DNA of 20,000 nucleotides from an uncultured virus (IMG/VR IMGVR_UViG_3300014720_004424) (lineage: Duplodnaviria; Heunggongvirae; Uroviricota; Caudoviricetes), in IMG/VR virus record IMGVR_UViG_3300014720_004424. The stretch is one strand, 5' to 3'. The notes under the pieces were generated by a model. That model was not told the origin of the DNA, did not search any database, and was given only the letters and a program-made list of their open reading frames with translations. The translations under genes were made by a program, and so were the position numbers. This document shows positions 8,855 to 16,859 of the stretch, one piece after another. Every line of letters begins with the position of its first letter. Position 1 is the stretch's first letter.

Positions 8855-11800
8855 ATGGCAGACAAATACAATAGAAATCTCTTTGGAAGACTAACAAAGC
8901 TCTTTAGGTCTGGCCCAATTATTCGCCGCAAGGTGAAGGGCATGAACCAGAAGTCTGGTGGTGCCTCAACTGCTCTTGAGGTGTTTCGAAGCGCTCACAG
9001 TGATGTCTACAACAGCACTCTATCAGCTTATGGCGCATTCGATAGAATGTCGAGATACTCAGATTTCAGCGAGATGGAGTCGTGCATCTCCGGAGACACA
9101 CTCATTGCAACACCTGACGGCTATGTAGAAATTCAGGAGCTGGCAAAGAGATATGGTCCGGACGAGGCGTTTATCGTATATGCCTATGATCACCAGAAGA
9201 AGCAGATAGTGCCTGCGCTTGGAAAGCAGGCACGTAAGACCACTACTGCGATGTCATTCAAGGTGACATTTGACAGTGGCAAGGTTCTCATTGCTACTCC
9301 GGATCACAGGGTGATGCGTCGAGACGGCACCTACTGCGAAGTGCAGGATCTCAAGACGGGTGACTCGATGATGCCATTCTACCGCAGAGACTTCTTTGCC
9401 GGCGAGAACAAAGAGAGCTCAGACGGCTACTGCTGGATCTACACTATGGACTATAAGGGGTCCACTGTCAAGAACGGATGGATTGCCGAGCACAAGCTCA
9501 TAGCTGAGTGGGCGGCAGGTCGAAAAATCGATAGTGATGAGGTAGTTCACCACAAGAACTTTGTGAAGAGCGACAATCGTCCTGAGAACCTGCAGATTAT
9601 GACTGCAGAGGCACACAGGAATTATCACGCAAAGATCATCAATGGTAAGAAGTGGGACGCAGGCAGTAACGCTGAGTGGATTGAGAGCTTTAAGAAGCGT
9701 CATTCCGAGTTCATGCGCAATAACAATCCAGCTCAGCGTCGCGATGTGACCTTTGCAAAGATCCTGCAGGTCTGTGACAGGGATGGTTTCAATCTGTACA
9801 ATGTCTCTCGCGTCCTCGACTGTGATTTCCGCGTCATCGGCAGGAGACTAAGTGAGAACGGATTTGATAATTTCACCACCTTTGCGAAGGCCTATGATCC
9901 CGAGTGGAGGAATAACAGTTGGGACAATCTCGGAGATAAAAATCCAAGATATGACAGGACCCTGACATTTCAGGCTGTGTGTGATGCGTTTAGAGGACAG
10001 ACCTCTAAGCAGCTGGCTACTGAACTAGGCACAACGCCCATAAAGATTCTGAATCGTGTAAAGTCTGCAGGTTATAAGGGTTGGTCAGACTTTAAGGAAA
10101 ACTTTTATAATCACAAGGTTGTCTCTGTCGAACCGCATGCTGTAATTGATCTATACGATCTTACAGTTGATGGTTATAAAAACTACGCAACTGACAGCAT
10201 CATTGTTCACAATACCCCTGAGATTGCCTCTGCACTTGATATCTACGCGGAAGAGACAGTTGCTTCTGGACCAGACGGAAGAGTGCTGCACATATATTCA
10301 GACAACAGGAAGGTTCAGGAGCTTTTAGAGTCGCTCTTCTACGACACGCTTAACGTTGAATTTAATCTTGTCATGTGGGTGAGAAATCTCTGTAAGTACG
10401 GCGACTTCTTTCTCTTTAATGACGTGTCACCTGAGTACGGCGTCATAAACTGTGTTCCAATCTCAATCTCAGAGATTGAGAGAGAAGAGGGATTTGACTC
10501 CAAAGATCCGATGGCAGTTCGCTATAGGTGGATAACGCAGGGAAACCAGACACTTGAGAACTGGCAGGTCACTCACTTTAGACTTCTTGGAAATGATGCA
10601 TTTCTACCCTACGGATCCTCAGTCCTGGAGGCGGCAAGAAGAATCTGGCGCCAGCTGATCCTCATTGAGGATGCAATGCTCGTCTATAGAGTGATAAGAG
10701 CACCGGAGCGCAGGGTCTTCTATATTGATGTGGGAAATGTTCCACCTGAAGAGGTTGCAAACTACCTAGAGCAGGCACAGACATCGCTAAAGAGGAACCA
10801 GATCGTAGATAAGACCACGGGCAAGGTGGATCTTCGATTTAATCCAATGGCAGTAGATCAGGACTACTTCCTCCCTGTCAGAGGCGGAGAGACAGGAACG
10901 AAGATCGACACACTTGCAGGTGGGCAAAACACAGCAGCGATCGAGGACGTTCAGTACATTCAGAAGAAGCTTTTTGCCGCCCTCAAGATACCGAAGGCAT
11001 ATCTTGGATACGATGAGGAAGTCGGTTCCAAAGCAACTCTCGCGCAAGAGGACATACGATTCTCTAGATCGATTCAGAGAATTCAGAAGACCGTGCTCTC
11101 AGAGCTCAATAAGCTCGCCATGATTCATCTTTACTGCCATGGCTACGAGGGCGAGGACTTAATGGACTTCACTCTAAAACTCTCAAATCCAAGCTCAATT
11201 GCACAGCAGCAGAAGCTTGAGCTTATTAAGGCAAAGTTTGAGATCGCAGGAAACGCTCCCGAGGGCGTTGTCAGCAGAAGATGGATCAGAAAGAACATCC
11301 TCGACATGACAGATCAGGAGATAAAGCAGATAAAGAAAGAGCGCCTCGATGACAAGATGGAAGACACAGAAGTTGAGTCAACAGGTCAAGAGTCTTCTGA
11401 GGCAGGTGGCGAGACAGGTGGCGAGACAGGAGGCACCGAAACTGGCGGCGGTGAGGAGGCAGGTGGAAGTGCAGGAGGCCTCTTTAGCGCAGACATGCCT
11501 ACAGGTGATCTACTAACAGCGCTGCCGCCGAAGAGAAAAAACGTTCTAGCTGATTATGATGAGACGGACGATGAAGATGAACCAGAAGTATCAGTTTCTC
11601 TGAATCTATCAATTCGTGATCCTGAAGCACCTATCAAGGCACTAAACGCAATAAACAAGAGCAGTGAGCGACTCAATGCGTTTGGCGAGCCTCTTCGTGC
11701 GAAGAAGTCAAGAAGGGTCACAGACGGTCCGGGATCCACACACATGCCGAACTTTTCTAACATGCTAGGCTTAGGAAACACTCAGAGCTCACTTCGAGAT

Positions 11801-12064
11801 CCGTATCAGAAAAATTGGCTCAAGAATCCTTTGGGCAATCCGTTCGGCGAGTCCTTTGACATCGAGGGAGACGCCGCAATAAGCGATGGTAGTGCAACAA
11901 GGCTCGCTTCGGACGTCAAAAGGGCGATTGATAAGTTTTCTTCCTCCGTAAGAAACGCTAAACCCGCGATACTTAAGGAGGAGCAGACAGTCAAGCCTGT
12001 CTCTTCAGAAAAAACAATCGACATTGACCTAGAAAGACTTGGGAGTGACACACCAGATGAGTAA
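8855..12064 (+). CDS. Portal protein (T4 gp20-like), intein-containing; 692 aa after splicing
   Basis: gp20-type motifs LIEDAMLVYRVIRAPERRVFYIDVGNVPP, DYFLPVRGG..TKIDTLAGG and IEDVQYIQKKLFAALKIP; adjacent to terminase. Confidence 0.95.
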   Translation: MADKYNRNLFGRLTKLFRSGPIIRRKVKGMNQKSGGASTALEVFRSAHSDVYNSTLSAYGAFDRMSRYSDFSEMESCISGDTLIATPDGYVEIQELAKRYGPDEAFIVYAYDHQKKQIVPALGKQARKTTTAMSFKVTFDSGKVLIATPDHRVMRRDGTYCEVQDLKTGDSMMPFYRRDFFAGENKESSDGYCWIYTMDYKGSTVKNGWIAEHKLIAEWAAGRKIDSDEVVHHKNFVKSDNRPENLQIMTAEAHRNYHAKIINGKKWDAGSNAEWIESFKKRHSEFMRNNNPAQRRDVTFAKILQVCDRDGFNLYNVSRVLDCDFRVIGRRLSENGFDNFTTFAKAYDPEWRNNSWDNLGDKNPRYDRTLTFQAVCDAFRGQTSKQLATELGTTPIKILNRVKSAGYKGWSDFKENFYNHKVVSVEPHAVIDLYDLTVDGYKNYATDSIIVHNTPEIASALDIYAEETVASGPDGRVLHIYSDNRKVQELLESLFYDTLNVEFNLVMWVRNLCKYGDFFLFNDVSPEYGVINCVPISISEIEREEGFDSKDPMAVRYRWITQGNQTLENWQVTHFRLLGNDAFLPYGSSVLEAARRIWRQLILIEDAMLVYRVIRAPERRVFYIDVGNVPPEEVANYLEQAQTSLKRNQIVDKTTGKVDLRFNPMAVDQDYFLPVRGGETGTKIDTLAGGQNTAAIEDVQYIQKKLFAALKIPKAYLGYDEEVGSKATLAQEDIRFSRSIQRIQKTVLSELNKLAMIHLYCHGYEGEDLMDFTLKLSNPSSIAQQQKLELIKAKFEIAGNAPEGVVSRRWIRKNILDMTDQEIKQIKKERLDDKMEDTEVESTGQESSEAGGETGGETGGTETGGGEEAGGSAGGLFSADMPTGDLLTALPPKRKNVLADYDETDDEDEPEVSVSLNLSIRDPEAPIKALNAINKSSERLNAFGEPLRAKKSRRVTDGPGSTHMPNFSNMLGLGNTQSSLRDPYQKNWLKNPLGNPFGESFDIEGDAAISDGSATRLASDVKRAIDKFSSSVRNAKPAILKEEQTVKPVSSEKTIDIDLERLGSDTPDE
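9083..10213 (+). mobile_element. Intein (377 aa) with HNH homing endonuclease in portal gene
   Basis: Block A CISGDTLIAT, block B ATPDHRV, block F LYDLTVDGYKNY, block G IVHN followed by Thr+1. HNH EHKLIAE..VVHHKNFVKSDNRPENL at 9488-9628. Removal restores FSEMES/TPEIASALDIYAEE. Confidence 0.95.
11403..11430 (+). repeat. 12-bp tandem repeat (CAGGTGGCGAGA x2 plus CAGG) encoding GGET in the portal low-complexity tail
   Basis: Read directly from the sequence. Confidence 0.8.
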
Positions 12065-12917
12065 GGGACACAATAAAAAGAGAAATGTCGGAATAGTCTA
12101 TGAGCAGCTCGTCGCGACTGTTTCTAAGGCAATGGTCGAGAGTGATAGGCCTACCTCTGACAAAGCTCTAAAGATTATTAAGAGGTATTTCGCACCAGGC
12201 ACTGAGCTCTACAAGGAGTTTCGTCTATTTAATGCTCTTGTTCAGACTCATGTCTCAACTGATGCTCTTGCGTCTAGAATCCTGCAAGAGACGAAGGAAG
12301 CCGCCAACAAATACAATGTCGTTAAGCTTAGAAGTGAAAAGTCTGATCTCATCAATGAGATTAATAGATGCTTCAACAAGGACACATTTTACAACACGCC
12401 TGTAAAGAACTACAAGACACTTGCGACGATTCACGTCCTCATGGAGGAGTGGCGCAAAGATTATCCTGATGTAGCTCGCCGCGTGATGTACGAGTCAAAT
12501 TTGCACAAGTGGCTGCTTACACCAAAGTCCATCGATACGCTAGAAAGCCAAAAGACTCCGAGCGTCAACAATCTTTCTGTAAAGATTATGAGAGAGTCAT
12601 TTAACAGGAAGTATGATAAGCTGCTGAACGATAAGCAGAAAACACTTCTTAGATCTCTTGTCCTCGATCCAAATGGCAGTGCATCATCTGCTGAGACAAT
12701 TTCTAATCGAATGACGGAGCAGAGAGAGAAAGCAAAGGGTCTTCTCCTAAATTATGGATCGATATGTGAGAGTAGCCACGTCAAAAAGAAGATACCAGAC
12801 GCTGTAAGAGTTCTTGAGGGAATGGACACGAGTGACACATCTGACAAGAATATTGCCAGAATGATGACAGTCATACAGCTTTGCGACGAAATACTGGAGA
12901 ATAGAAATGAGCAATAA
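12057..12917 (+). CDS. Hypothetical head-module protein (286 aa)
   Basis: ATG 12057 overlaps the portal end, GGGAG at 12041-12045. N-terminus MSKGHNKKRNVGIVYEQL. Lies between portal and protease and overlaps both. Confidence 0.75.
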   Translation: MSKGHNKKRNVGIVYEQLVATVSKAMVESDRPTSDKALKIIKRYFAPGTELYKEFRLFNALVQTHVSTDALASRILQETKEAANKYNVVKLRSEKSDLINEINRCFNKDTFYNTPVKNYKTLATIHVLMEEWRKDYPDVARRVMYESNLHKWLLTPKSIDTLESQKTPSVNNLSVKIMRESFNRKYDKLLNDKQKTLLRSLVLDPNGSASSAETISNRMTEQREKAKGLLLNYGSICESSHVKKKIPDAVRVLEGMDTSDTSDKNIARMMTVIQLCDEILENRNEQ

Positions 12918-14586
12918 CCTTAAGCTTCTGACTGAGTGGCGACCCTTTGATTATTCGAAGGAGATGATTGAGGAGTCAAAGAGAGCGAACGGCGGCAAGA
13001 TTCTTTTGAAGGGAATTTTACAGAAGTCTGATACTCTCAATCAGAACGGAAGAGTGTATCCACGCCCCATACTTGAGCGAGAGGTTCGAAACTATCAGAA
13101 GTTCATAAATGAGAATCGTGCGTTAGGTGAATGTGTAGATCCAGAGACTCAGATAATGACAACGCGGGGGTGGAAGCACTTTGAGGATCTTGATCAAGAT
13201 GATAGAGTTTTCACATTAAACATCGAGACAAATGAACTTCATGAGCAACAAATAGCTCACATTACAAATAAGCACTATGTTGGTAAGATGCTGCATTTTA
13301 AGAATGCAGAGTCGCTTGACATGATGCTTACGCCCGATCATAAGGTTCTTGTGTTTGATAGATCTGGCAAGCCTACATACATGACGGCACAGACTGTGTA
13401 TGATCTATACAAGGAGGGATCCAGCTGGCTATCTCATTCAAGTCTAAAATTTTCATCTAATTGGTCCGGAAAGTCTCCTGAAGTGTACACAGTGCCGGGA
13501 ACAAACATGTCTATGTCTGCTGATGTTTGGGCAGCATTTCTTGGAATATATCTAGCAGAAGGTTGTGCCGACGGTGTAAAGCGAGGATTTAAGACATCTA
13601 ACGGCATTCAAATAACACAGAAAAAGACACAGACTATTGAAATGATCAGAGCACTTTTGTCTGAAATGCCAATAGAGTGGAATGAGAGAGTTCGAGCTGA
13701 TGGTGAAACTGTTGACTTTACATGCAGTCACGAAGGACTGCACGACTTTCTTTTTAAGCTAGGCGCTAGCAATACCAAGAGAATACCTGAAGATGTAAAG
13801 TCTTGGTCTGCAGAGACACTAGATATTTTACTAACATGGCTTTTGTTAGGGGACGGAAGAAATAGAGTTGTAAGAGGAAGGCTTGTTCGTGAGCTTTACA
13901 CGACATCTTCCGCTTTGGCAAATGATGTTTGCGAAATATTTCTTAAACTAGGCATCGGATCGAACGCACGTGCTTATCAACAAAAAGACAGAGAAATAGA
14001 GCCAGGTAGGATGATTCTCGCAGAGAATTCCAAGCCCATGTGGATTGTTTCTGAGAATCGTGCGGTCAATATTGGTCTAGACCTAAGATTTCTAAGTGTT
14101 GAGGAAGTGGACTATAGTGGAAAGGTTTACTGTGTCACAACGCCTAATGGCAACTGGATGGCAAAGAGACATGGAAAGATGTTTTGGACAGGAAACTGCG
14201 ACCACCCCGAGACGTCAGTTGTTGAGCTAAAAAATGCTTCTCATATTGTGCGTGAAGCCTACATGCAGGGCGATGTGTGTCTTGGATCAGTTGAGCTTTT
14301 AGACACGCCTAGTGGAAAAATCCTGCAGAGCTTAGTCGAGAGTGGAGTGACACTAGGCATCTCATCTAGAGGTGTAGGATCAACTCGTAGAGAGGGTGAT
14401 CATGACATAGTCCAGGATGACTTTCAGCTCATATGCTGGGACTTTGTCAGCGAGCCCTCCACGCCGGGTGCCTTTATGATGAAGGAGAGCAGACTTATTA
14501 AGCAGGGAGACCTCGACAGGCTCTTCAATAAGAGTGATAAGGTCGATAGGATTTTAAACGACATTATCTCATGGGAGAAAAAGTGA
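12907..14586 (+). CDS. Prohead core protease (T4 gp21-like), intein-containing; 204 aa after splicing
   Basis: NQNGRVYPRPILERE, RALGE/CDHP (catalytic His region), LLDTPSGKI, GISSRGVGS (catalytic Ser), WDFVSEPSTPGA. Confidence 0.95.
   Translation: MSNNLKLLTEWRPFDYSKEMIEESKRANGGKILLKGILQKSDTLNQNGRVYPRPILEREVRNYQKFINENRALGECVDPETQIMTTRGWKHFEDLDQDDRVFTLNIETNELHEQQIAHITNKHYVGKMLHFKNAESLDMMLTPDHKVLVFDRSGKPTYMTAQTVYDLYKEGSSWLSHSSLKFSSNWSGKSPEVYTVPGTNMSMSADVWAAFLGIYLAEGCADGVKRGFKTSNGIQITQKKTQTIEMIRALLSEMPIEWNERVRADGETVDFTCSHEGLHDFLFKLGASNTKRIPEDVKSWSAETLDILLTWLLLGDGRNRVVRGRLVRELYTTSSALANDVCEIFLKLGIGSNARAYQQKDREIEPGRMILAENSKPMWIVSENRAVNIGLDLRFLSVEEVDYSGKVYCVTTPNGNWMAKRHGKMFWTGNCDHPETSVVELKNASHIVREAYMQGDVCLGSVELLDTPSGKILQSLVESGVTLGISSRGVGSTRREGDHDIVQDDFQLICWDFVSEPSTPGAFMMKESRLIKQGDLDRLFNKSDKVDRILNDIISWEKK
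13132..14196 (+). mobile_element. Intein (355 aa) with LAGLIDADG homing endonuclease in prohead protease gene
   Basis: Block A CVDPETQIMTTRGW, block B LTPDHKV, LAGLIDADG helices FLGIYLAEG and LLTWLLLGDG, block F VYCVTTPNGN, terminal TGN followed by Cys+1. Confidence 0.95.
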
Positions 14587-14592
14587 ACCAGT

Positions 14593-15060
14593 ATGAGCAA
14601 GTTTAGCAGAAATGATCTGAAGGTCCTAGTCAAGGAGTGCCTAGTAGAGATTTTATCTGAGGGCATTGGAAGTGTCCCGGTGATAACTGAGAGGGCTGCA
14701 AGGACTCAACAGCCCAAGTCCGCTCCCACGCCACTTAGATCACAGAGCTCTGCACTCAACGCGATATCATACGGAAAGATTCCCGCTAAAGAGACAAAGG
14801 CAGTCACACCTTCAAGGGCGGTTCCTGCTATCAACGAGAGCATCAGGAGCATCACGTCAGATCCTGTCATGTCTGAGATATTTTCAGACACGGCTTCCAC
14901 CACACTGCAGGAGCAGATTCAGGCCGACTCTGCGCCGGGAAGAGCATCTGCTGCGGAGACTGCCGCCCCCGGTCAGGACATCTCCTCGATTGACATTTTC
15001 TCTGATGGTGCAAAAAATTGGGCCACTTTGGCTTTCTCTGATGCACCAAAGAAAAGATGA
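14593..15060 (+). CDS. Hypothetical protein, probable prohead core/internal protein
   Basis: 155-aa ORF after the protease; LKVLVKECLVEILSE N-terminus and several (I/L)xE motifs. Confidence 0.7.
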   Translation: MSKFSRNDLKVLVKECLVEILSEGIGSVPVITERAARTQQPKSAPTPLRSQSSALNAISYGKIPAKETKAVTPSRAVPAINESIRSITSDPVMSEIFSDTASTTLQEQIQADSAPGRASAAETAAPGQDISSIDIFSDGAKNWATLAFSDAPKKR

Positions 15061-15131
15061 TTTTTTTGATAGTGCATACCTATTAATGTCGCTGTAGAGA
15101 CTACAGTCTAAAATTCACACCGGAGAATCAC

Positions 15132-15425
15132 ATGACAACTGTTCGCAAGCTTACACCCGCGCTCCTTAGAAAGATCGTTCTCGAGGAGAAGGCAAAGATG
15201 ATGAGAGAGAGCAAGAGCAAGGATCCGATCGAGGCAGGCGTGGAGTCTGCTGACAAGATCTCTGCTGCCGAGGTCGACGCCGAGGACCTTGCCTCGACAC
15301 TCGCGAAGGAGATCGATTACATGAAGGCCCTCAAGATTCACGAGAAGCGCCTCGCAGACAAGCTCCAGAAGATTCAAGAGGCCAAGCGCACAATTCTCGC
15401 TCGCGTCACAAAGAACTTTAAGTGA
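15132..15425 (+). CDS. Hypothetical helical protein, probable prohead core protein
   Basis: 97 aa; GGAG at 15122-15125; codon usage like the capsid gene; LLRKIVLEE N-terminus. Confidence 0.75.
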   Translation: MTTVRKLTPALLRKIVLEEKAKMMRESKSKDPIEAGVESADKISAAEVDAEDLASTLAKEIDYMKALKIHEKRLADKLQKIQEAKRTILARVTKNFK

Positions 15426-15429
15426 TCAC

Positions 15430-15458
15430 ATACTTATGTGCAAGTAGCACATAAGCAT
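15430..15458 (+). promoter_or_regulatory. ATACTTA motif overlapping a 9-bp inverted repeat next to a Shine-Dalgarno
   Basis: CTTATGTGC (15433-15441), AAGTA loop, GCACATAAG (15447-15455); AGGAG at 15459-15463. Confidence 0.6.
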
Positions 15459-15469
15459 AGGAGAACGCA

Positions 15470-15970
15470 ATGCCGACACATAGACAGAGAACCGTTAATA
15501 TTGATGTGACTGCGAGATCACTAGGTCGTCTAGGAGGACTTAGCACCTCTGACACTACACAGATCAAGGCCATGTATCCTGCAAGTCCAATTTATAGTGG
15601 CGTTGTAACCGTTGAAGAGCGGCGTGAGTATTTTCAAAGCAATGTTGTGAACAATGTGACAAGCGACGGTGGTCACACATTTGGCACGTTCAATATGGAC
15701 TATATTGGTTCTCCTGACATGGGTGATGTTGATACGGCCGCGCTGAATATTCCAAGCGCGTACGTCCCAAATCCTGCCTCTCCTGGCCCCGGCTCACAGA
15801 ATGATGCCGACAAGCCCGCTCCTCCGGAAGGCTTTGGACAGACTCCAAGTGAGGCATACGGCACAGGCGTTGGATCTCGTCTCTCTCCTCACGCTTCGTC
15901 CGCTAGGATCGCCGGGCAGACGCTCGGTGATTACGTCCTAGGACGGTCTAGCACGACGTCTGAGGGTTGA
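15470..15970 (+). CDS. Hypothetical Gly/Pro/Ser-rich protein
   Basis: 166-aa ORF with AGGAG 6 nt upstream of ATG. Confidence 0.75.
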   Translation: MPTHRQRTVNIDVTARSLGRLGGLSTSDTTQIKAMYPASPIYSGVVTVEERREYFQSNVVNNVTSDGGHTFGTFNMDYIGSPDMGDVDTAALNIPSAYVPNPASPGPGSQNDADKPAPPEGFGQTPSEAYGTGVGSRLSPHASSARIAGQTLGDYVLGRSSTTSEG

Positions 15971-15980
15971 AATGTGATTG

Positions 15981-16562
15981 ATGCCGCACTACGCTAAATT
16001 TGGTGCGCAAGATTCGAGGGACGGTCTCGGCTACGGCCTGGTCGTCCCTCGTTTTCATGTGCAGCGGTCGCTGCAGTCCACCTATCCATACACTGATGAA
16101 GATCCTTATGAGTTTGATCTTGCTGATCTGGAGGACGATGAGGACACATTGGACGCCATAGGTCATAAGGTGCAGACGGGAAACTACATGACCAACGATC
16201 CGCTGGCGATCGGAAAAGTGAACCCTTTCTACTACGCTGCAGGAAACACAAAACTATCAGACTGCTTCTGGAGGACAGACGCAGTCCTCGCGGAGGTGGA
16301 GACGCTTGCTCGGTCCATGACACCCATTCCGCAGCTCTACAAGAAAAAGGGGCTCGGAACATCAGGCACAGGATTCAGCGGAAATGTGGGGCATGCCCAG
16401 TACCTCACACCTGGCAACTATCGAAGGACAGGGACCCTTCAGGGCTGGAGCCACGCGCCACCAGACATCGTTAATGATGAGGAGGAGGATGCAGATCTCG
16501 CGCCAAAGACGCTGTCTGACCTTCTCCTGTTTCTTCAGAAGCGATCAAGGGGTGAAGCGTGA
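15981..16562 (+). CDS. Hypothetical protein
   Basis: About 193 aa (ATG 15981 or TTG 15978); GTGA overlap with the next gene. Confidence 0.65.
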   Translation: MPHYAKFGAQDSRDGLGYGLVVPRFHVQRSLQSTYPYTDEDPYEFDLADLEDDEDTLDAIGHKVQTGNYMTNDPLAIGKVNPFYYAAGNTKLSDCFWRTDAVLAEVETLARSMTPIPQLYKKKGLGTSGTGFSGNVGHAQYLTPGNYRRTGTLQGWSHAPPDIVNDEEEDADLAPKTLSDLLLFLQKRSRGEA

Positions 16563-16786
16563 GTCGTCCAATCAATGTTGAGGTGCATTCAGATGACCCA
16601 AGCATCAGGAGCCTCGAGCAGATGATAAGAAGATTTCTTCGCAAGTGCAAGGACGAGGGAATCCTCCGTGAGCACTTGGAGCAGTTCCATCATGAGACGA
16701 AGGGCCAGAAGGAGCGTCGAAAGAGGCGCGAGGGAGCCCGACGGTGCAAGAAGAAGGGAAAGCCTGCTCGCACAGATGATAAGTAG
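16559..16786 (+). CDS. rpsU: Ribosomal protein bS21 homologue
   Basis: 75-aa basic protein following the bS21 pattern: VEV..SLEQMIRRFLRKCKDEGILRE..HETKGQKERRKRREGARR. Confidence 0.8.
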   Translation: MSRPINVEVHSDDPSIRSLEQMIRRFLRKCKDEGILREHLEQFHHETKGQKERRKRREGARRCKKKGKPARTDDK

Positions 16787-16808
16787 TGTCTGTGCCTGCA
16801 GGTTTTTT
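16759..16808 (+). terminator. Probable intrinsic terminator over the bS21 stop codon
   Basis: AAAGCCTGC (16759-16767) pairs with GCAGGTTTT (16798-16806, one G-U); GCACAGA (16770-16776) pairs with TCTGTGC (16789-16795); T6 run at 16803-16808. Confidence 0.55.
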
Positions 16809-16821
16809 AGCAGCATCAATC

Positions 16822-16828
16822 ATACTTA
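16822..16828 (+). promoter_or_regulatory. Putative late promoter ATACTTA upstream of scaffold gene
   Basis: The same heptamer occurs at 8838, 11969, 15430 and 17517, with one-mismatch variants at 6779, 7180 and 15076. Confidence 0.6.
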
Positions 16829-16859
16829 ATTACTGACCATAGCAGCAAGAGAGACAAAC

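Noticed and set aside
15092..15106. CTGTAG-AGA-CTACAG hairpin
   Set aside because: Only 6 bp with no U-tract; could be chance.
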